A stretch of DNA of 64,000 nucleotides from an uncultured archaeon (GTDB lineage Archaea; Aenigmatarchaeota; Aenigmatarchaeia; QMZP01; QMZT01). The stretch is from NCBI GenBank assembly GCA_964347025.1, contig CAYFWU010000004.1, positions 3,752-67,751 on the forward strand, read 5' to 3'. The notes under the pieces are model-generated. The model was not told where the DNA came from, searched no databases, and saw only the letters and a list, made by a program, of their open reading frames with translations. Positions 8,708 through 16,842 of this stretch are shown here, piece by piece; position 1 is the first letter of the stretch, and the number at the start of each line of letters is the position of its first letter. The translations under genes were made by a program, and so were the position numbers.

Positions 8708-9082
8708 ATGACGAATGTAAATGAAGTGTATAAGTGTAATGTATGTGGTAACATTGTCGAAGTATTACATGCAGGAGTAGGTCAGCTCGTCTGCTGCGGC
8801 CAGCCGATGGAACTCTTGGAAGAAAAGACAGAGGACGAGGGGAAAGAGAAGCATGTCCCTGTCATCGAAAAGACAGAGACAGGAGTAAAGGTGAAGATCG
8901 GAAGCGTTCCCCACCCGATGGAGGAGAACCATCACATAGAGTGGATAGAATTGATTGGTGATGGAAGGACCTACAGAAAGTTCCTGAAACCTGGCGAAAA
9001 CCCCGAAGCAGAATTCGAGGTCACTGCGGCCAAGATAGAGGCGAGAGAGTATTGCAACGTCCACGGGCTGTGGAAGGCATGA
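8708..9082 (+). CDS. dfx: desulfoferrodoxin (2Fe superoxide reductase)
   Basis: Has an N-terminal desulforedoxin motif [12 protein letters not shown]...CCG and the SOR centre-II region HVPVI...[14 protein letters not shown]...CNVHGLW. An alternative GTG start lies at 8699. Confidence 0.85.
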   Translation: MTNVNEVYKCNVCGNIVEVLHAGVGQLVCCGQPMELLEEKTEDEGKEKHVPVIEKTETGVKVKIGSVPHPMEENHHIEWIELIGDGRTYRKFLKPGENPEAEFEVTAAKIEAREYCNVHGLWKA

Positions 9083-9336
9083 ATCGAAAGGCAATAGAGA
9101 AAGCGATCGAGGAGTTCAACAAATACCGCTCCCCTGAGGCAACAGTCAAATTAATTTCTACTGGAAAGAGATCTTTCTTTACAGAATTCACAGGACCTTT
9201 CTGCAAAACCTGCGGTTTCTACGATTACTTCGAGGACTTCAGGCTCATTCTTGAGGAGAAAGGTCTAAAGACAAAAACAGGGAAGATAAAAGAGAAGGGA
9301 GAGGGAGCTGAAGTAATGTTCATCGTAACCGGCTAA
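9079..9336 (+). CDS. hypothetical 85-aa protein with a single CxxC motif, last gene of the redox operon
   Basis: The ATG at 9079 overlaps the dfx stop (ATGA). Contains [14 protein letters not shown]. No family recognised. Confidence 0.4.
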   Translation: MNRKAIEKAIEEFNKYRSPEATVKLISTGKRSFFTEFTGPFCKTCGFYDYFEDFRLILEEKGLKTKTGKIKEKGEGAEVMFIVTG

Positions 9337-9368
9337 AACCTTTTTTACCCTCTTTCTGAAATATAAAG

Positions 9369-9653
9369 ATGGATGTTTTTTTACTCGTCATACTGGCGGT
9401 TATTTTCTATTTCGTATTTGACATCCTTAAATCAGGCGATATTGAAGAAAAATTGAAGAAAACAAAATATACACTTATGCTTTTACTTCTCGTTGTCGGA
9501 GCCGTTTCCGTTATGTATTTTTCATTAACCTTTTTCTATGTACCTGAATATTCATTATTTTATGTTGCGGTTCCCCTAATTGCGGTTTTCATATTGTCTG
9601 AGAGAATAATCCGGAAATATCACATCAAAAAACATACCAAAAAGGGGAAATAA
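9369..9653 (+). CDS. hypothetical small membrane protein
   Basis: 94 aa with three hydrophobic segments and a basic tail. Confidence 0.35.
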   Translation: MDVFLLVILAVIFYFVFDILKSGDIEEKLKKTKYTLMLLLLVVGAVSVMYFSLTFFYVPEYSLFYVAVPLIAVFILSERIIRKYHIKKHTKKGK

Positions 9654-9683
9654 TTTTTAAACCACCTTAGATAATAGATTAAT

Positions 9684-10532
9684 ATGGTAAAAAAGAAAGC
9701 CACGAAAAAGAAAACCAAAACTAAAAAGAAAGCAGATGTTGCGGAACGAAGGGTTGAGCATTTCGGTGAAGAGGTCGGAAAGATCGGTGAAAGGTTCGGA
9801 AAGAGAATGGAAAAGAAAGGGGAGGAATGGGACAGCTGGTTTCACCGGACTTTCGGGATAATAGGACCTTTTATATCCGGCGTGTTCGGACTGATAATTC
9901 TCAGCCTGATAGTCTGGCTCGTATCCTTCGTGAACCTTCCCCTGGGAAGCATTTTCTTGGCGAACGTAAATTCCTTCCTTCTGGCGAACCTAGGTTTGTT
10001 CTTCCTGATATTCCTGTTCTTTTCGTATACATCGTATTTTTCCAGGGCCTTTCCCAAGACATACAGACCGTTCTCTCCCTTTACGGTAGCCATCGGAATA
10101 ACAATAATTTTCTGGTTGGTCGCGCAGGCGATGGACATTTCAAACCTCTCTCTGAACATTTACTGGTTCTCAACCGTAACGTCTTACGTTATGCTTAACC
10201 TTCCTATCATATTTTTCTTTTTCCTGTTCCTGGGGTATATCATCCTCGCCATAAAGGTAACGCTTGAAATACCGAAAAAGATACCGGAAGAGAAGATAAT
10301 AACGAGGCAGAGACCAAAAATGGTTGGAATCCACAGACTGTACAGATCAGGAAGGGATCGTCTGCTTGGAGGCGTTTGCGGAGGGATCGCGGAATACCTT
10401 GGCGTGGATCCAGTTATAGTTCGTTTGGTCTGGATTGCAGGAACACTTCTTCTTTGGGGTTTCGGGATCGTGCTATACATAATATGCTGGGTAATAATAC
10501 CAAGAAATCCGAGGCATAAATGGGAAGATTGA
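9684..10532 (+). CDS. PspC-domain membrane protein
   Basis: 282 aa. The C-terminal RLYRSGRDRLLGGVCGGIAEYLGVDPVIVRLVW matches the PspC domain. Also has a Lys-rich N-terminus and several TM segments. Confidence 0.65.
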   Translation: MVKKKATKKKTKTKKKADVAERRVEHFGEEVGKIGERFGKRMEKKGEEWDSWFHRTFGIIGPFISGVFGLIILSLIVWLVSFVNLPLGSIFLANVNSFLLANLGLFFLIFLFFSYTSYFSRAFPKTYRPFSPFTVAIGITIIFWLVAQAMDISNLSLNIYWFSTVTSYVMLNLPIIFFFFLFLGYIILAIKVTLEIPKKIPEEKIITRQRPKMVGIHRLYRSGRDRLLGGVCGGIAEYLGVDPVIVRLVWIAGTLLLWGFGIVLYIICWVIIPRNPRHKWED

Positions 10533-10573
10533 TCTGCCGTGGTTTTTTAAAATCTAACATTTTATAATCAGAC

Positions 10574-11200
10574 ATGGAAGGGATATTCGGGTGTGTCTGT
10601 GATCTCAGGAAAAGCGGACTGAAGGAAAGGGTGGACTCGAGGCTGAGGGAATTCAAAGAAATCGGAGAAAAAAGCAACGAAGACATTTTCAATGAAATGT
10701 GCTTCTGCATCCTTACAGCAAATTACTCGGCCGAAGGCGGGATGCGTATACAGAAGGCAATAGGAAATGGTTTCTTGAAACTCCCTGAGAAAGATCTAGC
10801 CAGGAAACTCAGTGAGCTTGGTCACCGGTATCCCCAACTGCGAGCTAAATTCATAGCAGAGGCCAGAAAACATCATGGTTCATTGAAAGAAACAATCAGA
10901 TCCTTCGGCAGCGAAGAAAACGCGAGGGAATGGATTGTAAAGAACGTGAAAGGCCTCGGATACAAGGAGGCGAGCCATTTTCTTAGGAATATAGGATTCG
11001 AGAACCTAGCGATAATCGATTTCCACATAATCGATATCCTTTCGAAGCACGGTCTCATAGAAAGACCGAAGACGCTGACGAAAAAGAAATACCTGGAAAT
11101 AGAAAAGATCCTGAAAGAGATCGCAAAGAAACTTGACATGAACCTCGCGGAGCTCGATCTTTATTTGTGGTATGAGGAAACAGGGAAGGTTTTGAAATAA
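10574..11200 (+). CDS. ogg: 8-oxoguanine DNA glycosylase / AP lyase (archaeal Ogg2-type, HhH-GPD)
   Basis: 208 aa. CFCILTANYSAE plus VKGLGYKEASHFLRNIG...IIDFHI are typical of Ogg2. Confidence 0.7.
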   Translation: MEGIFGCVCDLRKSGLKERVDSRLREFKEIGEKSNEDIFNEMCFCILTANYSAEGGMRIQKAIGNGFLKLPEKDLARKLSELGHRYPQLRAKFIAEARKHHGSLKETIRSFGSEENAREWIVKNVKGLGYKEASHFLRNIGFENLAIIDFHIIDILSKHGLIERPKTLTKKKYLEIEKILKEIAKKLDMNLAELDLYLWYEETGKVLK

Positions 11201-11263
11201 TTTTTGGAAACCCCAAGGAATAAAAAACTTCGTTTCAAAATTACGTTATTCGTTTGATAATCA

Positions 11264-12619
11264 TTGGTAGGTTTTATGGGAATTGCGCTTGTTCACTATC
11301 GTAATAAAGAAGCCAACTGTGTGGAAGATGCTAAAGAGGCTATCATGCAAATTAACCACACAGGACAGGAACATTGCGGGATAACGTTATTCAACGGCGA
11401 AGATTTCCAGCGTGAAACAAAAAACGGACTTGTCAGGGAACTTAAGATTCCCTGGAACATGAAAGGGTATTGTGGTATTGGCAGTGTGAGTAAATTGCAC
11501 GATCACCAGCCACTTGAAACCAGATCATCTTCCATGCCCAATTTCGCATTGACGTCTGACGTGTTCATAATAAACAGGGATGAATTTAGAGGAAGAAGGG
11601 ATGGATTTCTTTCGGATTTTGATGCAGAACTTGCGGGAAGGATAATATCTGAAGGCAAAAATATCCCTGAAGGGATAGAAAAATTGGCAGAGGAAATTAA
11701 AGGCTATTATTGCTTGGGCACAATAACAAAAGACGGAGAATCGTATATCGCGAGATGCCCGCTGGGAACGAAGTCTCTTATGATAGGAGAAGGCAGGAAG
11801 GGTCATGCCAGTGTTACGGAATCCAGGGCATTAAGAAAGATAGGAATAACAAAATACAGAGACGTGAAACCGGGTGAGATTTTAAAAATCGACAGATACG
11901 GTGTGATACATCCTGTGAGAACCATAAAGGGGAAGCACGGAATGAAGTTATGCACGTTCCTATACGGTTACTATGGATGGGTGGATTCTGTGATAGAGGG
12001 AATCCCTGTAAGCGCAGTCAGGGAAACGACAGCTGCCAAGATTGTTGAAAATGACAGGAATATGAAATTTGACTTTGCCACCGCAATTGAGGATTCCGGG
12101 AAGGCTTACGGGGAGGAGGGAGCTGCCCAGCTGAAAATCCCTTACAGGAGTGCACTTATAAAATATGCATATTTTTTAAGGAGTTACGAGAAGGGTATAA
12201 AAGAAAGACGTAAGGAGGCAATGGGTAAAACTTCTTCTGTGGAGGACAGAATAAAGGGTAAAATACTGCTTGTATTCGATGATTCTCTCAGGCGGGCAAC
12301 AATGATCGAGGAAGGGAGTCCCATGGAATATGCATGGGATGACGGGGCCAAAGAGATACATCTGAGATTCGGAACGCCAAGAAATACGCACCAGTGCAGA
12401 TTGGATTTCATGGACCGTCCGGATGAGAACCTTCCCGCGAACCGTTATCCCACAGATGAAGAGATGGCAGGTTACCTGAACGTGACCACTGTAAGATTCT
12501 CCACAGTTGATCAGTATGTAGATTCTATACTTGAATGCGCGAAAAGATACGGAAGCAATTTAAGAAGAGAAGATCTCTGTCTAGGATGTTATAACGGAGA
12601 TTTCGGCTTTCTAGAATAG
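11264..12619 (+). CDS. amidophosphoribosyltransferase (PurF)-like protein lacking the N-terminal Cys nucleophile
   Basis: Collinear with PurF (HTGQEHCGI; LVFDDSLRRATM in place of the PRPP loop; C-terminal CLGCYNGDF). However, the N-terminus reads (TTG)VGF-ATG-GIALV, with in-frame stops just upstream and no Cys. Confidence 0.6.
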   Translation: MVGFMGIALVHYRNKEANCVEDAKEAIMQINHTGQEHCGITLFNGEDFQRETKNGLVRELKIPWNMKGYCGIGSVSKLHDHQPLETRSSSMPNFALTSDVFIINRDEFRGRRDGFLSDFDAELAGRIISEGKNIPEGIEKLAEEIKGYYCLGTITKDGESYIARCPLGTKSLMIGEGRKGHASVTESRALRKIGITKYRDVKPGEILKIDRYGVIHPVRTIKGKHGMKLCTFLYGYYGWVDSVIEGIPVSAVRETTAAKIVENDRNMKFDFATAIEDSGKAYGEEGAAQLKIPYRSALIKYAYFLRSYEKGIKERRKEAMGKTSSVEDRIKGKILLVFDDSLRRATMIEEGSPMEYAWDDGAKEIHLRFGTPRNTHQCRLDFMDRPDENLPANRYPTDEEMAGYLNVTTVRFSTVDQYVDSILECAKRYGSNLRREDLCLGCYNGDFGFLE

Positions 12620-12623
12620 GTTT

Positions 12624-13784
12624 TTATTTGAACCCGCTTATTTTCCTTAAATGTTCCACGACCTCTTTTATTGATTCTATCGTGTATCCTATTTCTTCAT
12701 CCGTGTTGAACTTCGATAGCGTCAGCCGGATGGATCCGCTTGCGAATTCCAGATCCTCGCAGACCGCCTGGAGGACGTGAGAGATGCCACCTTCCTTGAC
12801 CAGGAGATTGGAACAGGCTGAACCGGTTGAGGAAGCGATTCCCTTTGTGTCGAGATACATCATCAAGCTTTCCCCCTCCACTCCCCGGAATCCCACGTTA
12901 ACGTTGTTACAGAGTCTCCCATTCCCCTTGGGACCGTTTAACTTCGAGCCCTTTATCTTCAGGAGTTTGCCTATAAGCCTGTCCCTGAGTTTTTTCATTT
13001 TCTTGATATCCGTCTCCTTCGTCAGATCAACAGCCTTCCCGAGTCCGACTATGCCCGGGACGTTTTCCGTTCCTGCCCGCAGGCCTGATTCGTGTCTCCC
13101 TCCCGTCACCTCTTCCCTCAGCTTCACTCCCTTTCTCACGAACAACGCGCCAATACCCTTCGGTCCGTGGATCTTGTGTCCTGACAACGAGAGCAGATCT
13201 ACGTGCATCTTCTTTACATCTATCGGGACTTTCGTAAAACTCTGGACAGCGTCGGTATGGAACAGGACGCGATGTTTTTTGCAGATCTGCCCTATCTTAT
13301 CCAGAGGTTGAACAGTCCCTATCTCGTTGTTGGCGTGCATTATCGAAACGAGGATGGTTTTCTTCGTTATAGCCTTCTCCAGGGCTTTGAGATCAACAAA
13401 CCCTTCGTTGTCCACATCGAGAAGCTTGATTTCAAATCCCTCCTCCATGAGAGAATTACATGTGTTAAGGATCGCCGGATGCTCGATCTTCGAGGTAATG
13501 ATGTGATTTCCAAGGTGTTTGTTTGCATGGGCAATTCCCCTTAAGGCAAGGTTGTCTGATTCCGTCCCGCCTGAGGTGAATACGATTTCGGAGGGATCGG
13601 CGTTTATCTTTTTTGCAATGATAGATCTCGCTCTTTCCACCGCCTTTTTCGCTTCCTTGCCGAACTGGTGGATGCTTGCGGCATTTCCGAATTTCTCTGA
13701 AAAGTAGGGAAGCATTGCTTTAACAACTTTCTGATCCGTCATTGTGGTTGCCGCATTATCAAGATACACCCTCATGGAAATCAC
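12624..13784 (-). CDS. nifS: cysteine desulfurase (NifS/IscS class V aminotransferase)
   Basis: 386 aa. Has YLDNAATT, the PLP-Lys motif SLSGHKIHGPKG and the catalytic-Cys loop SSTGSACS. Confidence 0.85.
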   Translation of the reverse strand: MISMRVYLDNAATTMTDQKVVKAMLPYFSEKFGNAASIHQFGKEAKKAVERARSIIAKKINADPSEIVFTSGGTESDNLALRGIAHANKHLGNHIITSKIEHPAILNTCNSLMEEGFEIKLLDVDNEGFVDLKALEKAITKKTILVSIMHANNEIGTVQPLDKIGQICKKHRVLFHTDAVQSFTKVPIDVKKMHVDLLSLSGHKIHGPKGIGALFVRKGVKLREEVTGGRHESGLRAGTENVPGIVGLGKAVDLTKETDIKKMKKLRDRLIGKLLKIKGSKLNGPKGNGRLCNNVNVGFRGVEGESLMMYLDTKGIASSTGSACSNLLVKEGGISHVLQAVCEDLEFASGSIRLTLSKFNTDEEIGYTIESIKEVVEHLRKISGFK

Positions 13785-13822
13785 GCAAATAAAATGATTT
13801 TAATTTTATTGTTTTTAAAGTA

Positions 13823-13844
13823 TTTAAATATAACACTGTTATAT
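13823..13844 (+). promoter_or_regulatory. TATA-like box fused to 7-3-7 inverted repeat, copy 2 (TTTAAATATAAC-ACT-GTTATAT)
   Basis: Lies in the divergent intergenic region between nifS (-) and the 112-aa nuclease-like gene (+). Confidence 0.5.
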
Positions 13845-13890
13845 AACCCAGACTTCATCCATTTTTATTCTTTCCAATCATACTATTATT

Positions 13891-14229
13891 ATGGTCAAGA
13901 GCTACGCGAGGGGGAGAAGATTCGAATACCACGTTGTTGATAAGCTGGCTAAACACGGCATAAACTCCCGGAGGGTCGCGTTATCCGGAAGGCAGCCCTC
14001 AGTGGACATACCGAACGCGGACATAGTTGTTGAGGAGAAATTTCTCGGCAAGGCGAAGACAACCAAGGCGAAGAAGTACGTATCCTTCCCCGAGAAAGAG
14101 ATAACTGAGTTGGAAAAGAAGGATCTGAACTTCCTCGTATTCAACTTCTCGAGAACAAACCCGTTTGTGGTGATAAGATTCGAGGATTTCGTGGAGCTCG
14201 TAAAGCTGTGGAAGGAGAAAAAACCCTAG
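13891..14229 (+). CDS. small PD-(D/E)XK-like protein, possibly a Holliday-junction-resolvase (Hjc)-related nuclease
   Basis: 112 aa. The arrangement (ARGRRFEY..V.KL.KHG....SG....D...ADIVV....KAK) loosely parallels Hjc, but the E-x-K motif is not clear. Confidence 0.3.
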   Translation: MVKSYARGRRFEYHVVDKLAKHGINSRRVALSGRQPSVDIPNADIVVEEKFLGKAKTTKAKKYVSFPEKEITELEKKDLNFLVFNFSRTNPFVVIRFEDFVELVKLWKEKKP

Positions 14230-14972
14230 TCGGCGAACTCATGGATCTCCTCGATTTTCTTCATGTATTTCTCCTTATCATCTTTCAATCTTTTCAGTAA
14301 TTTATCCTCTTCTTCCCTCCTTTCCTTTCTCTTTTCAAGTATCTCTATGCTCTTGTTTATCTTGGTTATCTCTATTTCACACAGCCTTGTTTCCAGGTCC
14401 TTGACATGGGGTAACGGATAATCTCTGTGATGCCATATATCGTCCAGTATCTCATCCGCTTTGGGATCGCTGCCAGCCTCGTATTCCGTTACGTCAACAA
14501 CACGGGAATATTTAGAGGCGATTTTCTGCGCCCTGTTAATATTGAAGTAGCTGTAAAATTCGAATAACCTTCTTACCACCCTGAACTTGCCTATCAGAAT
14601 CCCGACAAGCAAGAAAAATACAATGTAATAGTTAACGAACAGGAAAGCGAAAACAAGCTCTGTCAGAAACGGGAAGGCGTATACGAGGAACAACGTTAAT
14701 GCAAATGTCCAGAAAGTCAAAAGCGGATAAGGCAGAACGTAGGTCTTAACCACTATTATCGGGGTTGCCAACTTTGTGTACGACCTGTAGAGGGAAAAGG
14801 CTATGTAAAGTGAAAGGGCGGAGTAAATGGCGCATAGGGAAAAAAGGCTGATTGACTCAAGCGTGAACGCTTCCCAGAAAATTATCCCGGATGTCAGTGT
14901 GAAGACAGCCAGGGTGAAAAAAAAGTAATGAAGGATCTTCAAATAGTAGATACCGAAATAAACCCTTTCCAT
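14226..14972 (-). CDS. hypothetical polytopic membrane protein with C-terminal coiled-coil tail
   Basis: 248 aa with about 5 TM segments, then a charged helical tail (...ITKINKSIEILEKRKERREEEDKLLKRLKDDKEKYMKKIEEIHEFAD). Confidence 0.4.
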   Translation of the reverse strand: MERVYFGIYYLKILHYFFFTLAVFTLTSGIIFWEAFTLESISLFSLCAIYSALSLYIAFSLYRSYTKLATPIIVVKTYVLPYPLLTFWTFALTLFLVYAFPFLTELVFAFLFVNYYIVFFLLVGILIGKFRVVRRLFEFYSYFNINRAQKIASKYSRVVDVTEYEAGSDPKADEILDDIWHHRDYPLPHVKDLETRLCEIEITKINKSIEILEKRKERREEEDKLLKRLKDDKEKYMKKIEEIHEFAD

Positions 14973-14986
14973 TCAACCACCAAATC

Positions 14987-15163
14987 CTAGCTACCTAATT
15001 TCTGGATATCTCTAATTTTATTCATATATTCTGTCTTATCATTTTTAAGGGTTTCCAGCAACTTTTCCTCCTCTTTTAACCTTTCCCCTCTTTTTTCAAG
15101 TACTTCTATACTTTTATTTATTTTTATTATTTGTATTTTTTCCATGGTTTGTACTTTCTCCAT
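14987..15163 (-). CDS. 58-aa coiled-coil protein, stand-alone paralog of the tail of the downstream membrane protein (below ORF-track cutoff)
   Basis: Translates to MEKVQTMEKIQIIKINKSIEVLEKRGERLKEEEKLLETLKNDKTEYMNKIRDIQKLGS. Its ATG abuts the stop of the upstream DedA gene (TGAATG). Confidence 0.35.
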   Translation of the reverse strand: MEKVQTMEKIQIIKINKSIEVLEKRGERLKEEEKLLETLKNDKTEYMNKIRDIQKLGS

Positions 15164-15664
15164 TCACCCACCAAAAACCCTCAGCACCCATTGGACTCCG
15201 AAGAAACCTCCCCAGGCAATGAACAGACTCATTATTATCTTACCTGTCAGGGAGGCGAGGAAGAATCTCTTTAAATCGTAATTTATCATCCCGCAGATTA
15301 TCCCTATCACATCATCTGGCAGGGGGGTTAATGCGAAGAGAACAATTATCGAGAATGCTCCGTGCTTTTCCATCCAAGCCCTCGATCTCGCGAGTATTTT
15401 CTCGTGTTTCTTATCGATTAATTTTTTCCCGCCCTTTCCGATTACATAACCCACCAGCTCCCCCAGTGCAGCACCCACACCGGCGACGAGTCCGACCAGC
15501 CAGGGGTTGAGGATCCCCCCGAAGGTGAAGGTTACAATGAAGGAGGGAACAGGAAAAATTATCGAGGCCGAACCTACCAGGTTAATCAAAAATATACCAG
15601 GATAACCAAAAATTTCCGAAAGGTTAACGGCCCATGCTATAAACTGAGAAATAAAGGAAACCAT
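15164..15664 (-). CDS. DedA / VTT (SNARE-associated) family membrane protein
   Basis: 166 aa. The hydrophobic profile and blocks (GYPGIFL...S.IIFPVP...LTPLPDDV) resemble DedA/TVP38. Confidence 0.6.
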   Translation of the reverse strand: MVSFISQFIAWAVNLSEIFGYPGIFLINLVGSASIIFPVPSFIVTFTFGGILNPWLVGLVAGVGAALGELVGYVIGKGGKKLIDKKHEKILARSRAWMEKHGAFSIIVLFALTPLPDDVIGIICGMINYDLKRFFLASLTGKIIMSLFIAWGGFFGVQWVLRVFGG

Positions 15665-15723
15665 ATTAAAGTTTTGTCTAACTCAGTTAAAAAATAAAAG
15701 AAAAGGGTTTAATAAACCCTTAT

Positions 15724-16020
15724 CTAAATTCTCCTAACCTTCTCGATTCCGACCTTTGAAACGGTTGGTTTCTTGATTCTTGCTGGCAGCCAGCTTGGCC
15801 TGTTTGCTGGTGCGTCAACTTCCCTGAATGATCCCCTGAATACGTGGATTGTGTAAGTCCTGTCCTTGTTTCTCCTTCCTCTTTCACGAAGTCGGATGTC
15901 TGTGATTCCACGTGCAGCTGCCTTCAACGCGGCCTGCCTTGGAGATCTTCCTGTAAACACTGACACCTTTGATCCCTTCTTGTAGATGTAGTATTTCTTT
16001 TTTGCTTTTCTTCTTGCCAT
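15724..16020 (-). CDS. chromosomal protein MC1 family
   Basis: 98 aa. FTGRSPRQAALKAAARG..DIRLRERG...IHVF......VDAPANRPSWLP..I.KP.V matches the MC1 signature known from Methanosarcina and haloarchaea. Confidence 0.8.
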   Translation of the reverse strand: MARRKAKKKYYIYKKGSKVSVFTGRSPRQAALKAAARGITDIRLRERGRRNKDRTYTIHVFRGSFREVDAPANRPSWLPARIKKPTVSKVGIEKVRRI

Positions 16021-16205
16021 ATTTTCCCTCCTTTGATTTCAGAATCCCTTTTGCTATATCGGGTCTTGCTCCCGATATTTTAAAAAATAACCAAAGGCTT
16101 TATAAAGATTTCGCTATCTTACGAACAAACACGAACGAAAATACACAGGCTGGACATAACCCCTGGAGGATCTATACATATAAATCATTCTGCCAAGAAA
16201 ACCTT

Positions 16206-16478
16206 ATGGGCTACGGAAGATCGCCTTGGTTGGCAGCCTTTCTCAATTTCATCATCTGGGGATCCGGATATGTTTACATAGGACACAGGATGATTTTAGG
16301 GGCGGGACTGGTGATAGTTTCAATTTTCAATTTCCTGATTCTCATTTCCCTTCCAGAGATTATCCTCCTCCGTGGTTCAGAGCTTTTTTCTCTCTGGCTG
16401 TCTTTCATCTGGATCGCGCTAAGCGTCCTCTTCGCGATAGATGTCTACAGGGAAACGAGAGAAATAAATGCTGTTTAG
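16206..16478 (+). CDS. hypothetical small membrane protein
   Basis: Start moved to the ATG at 16206 (MGYGRSPWLAAFLNFIIWGSGYVYIG...). Has 3 hydrophobic segments. The upstream part of the track ORF is antisense to the MC1 gene. Confidence 0.35.
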   Translation: MGYGRSPWLAAFLNFIIWGSGYVYIGHRMILGAGLVIVSIFNFLILISLPEIILLRGSELFSLWLSFIWIALSVLFAIDVYRETREINAV

Positions 16479-16649
16479 CTTAATCTACAGGTTCTTCCCA
16501 TCACCAGGTTGCTATAAATTTCAAAACTGCAGGTATCCCATATAGTAGGCTATTGCCAGTATTATTATTATGATGATGATCAGCCATATAATCTTACTCA
16601 TAATAATACTTTGTCTGAGCTTACTTAAATCCAGCTTCCGGCGAAAAGC

Positions 16650-16670
16650 TTAAATATAACAGTGTTATAT
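16650..16670 (+). promoter_or_regulatory. TATA-like box fused to 7-3-7 inverted repeat, copy 3 (TTAAATATAAC-AGT-GTTATAT)
   Basis: Lies 20 nt upstream of a 49-codon Cys-rich ORF. Its flanks (AAAAGCTT...TTA.TAATAC) also match copy 1. Confidence 0.5.
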
Positions 16671-16689
16671 TTTATTAATACGTGATTCT

Positions 16690-16839
16690 ATGGACTGTAT
16701 AATATGCGGAAAAACCATTCCTGAAGAAAGAGGATACTATTGTTTAAAGAAGGACATGAAAGTCGCTTTTTGTAACAAGCATGCAATTAAATACTGTGGG
16801 AAATGCGAAGTTTCGAAATGTAAAGCTAAGAAAAAATAG
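16690..16839 (+). CDS. 49-aa Cys-rich zinc-finger-like protein (below ORF-track cutoff)
   Basis: Translates to MDCIICGKTIPEERGYYCLKKDMKVAFCNKHAIKYCGKCEVSKCKAKKK. Has 7 Cys including two CxxC pairs. Confidence 0.35.
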   Translation: MDCIICGKTIPEERGYYCLKKDMKVAFCNKHAIKYCGKCEVSKCKAKKK

Positions 16840-16842
16840 GAA

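Noticed and set aside
16521-16601. 26-codon hydrophobic ORF (MSKIIWLIIIIIIILAIAYYMGYLQF) on the minus strand
   Set aside because: It is very short and low-complexity (a poly-Ile run from an ATT/ATC-rich stretch), with no clear ribosome-binding site. It cannot be distinguished from chance.
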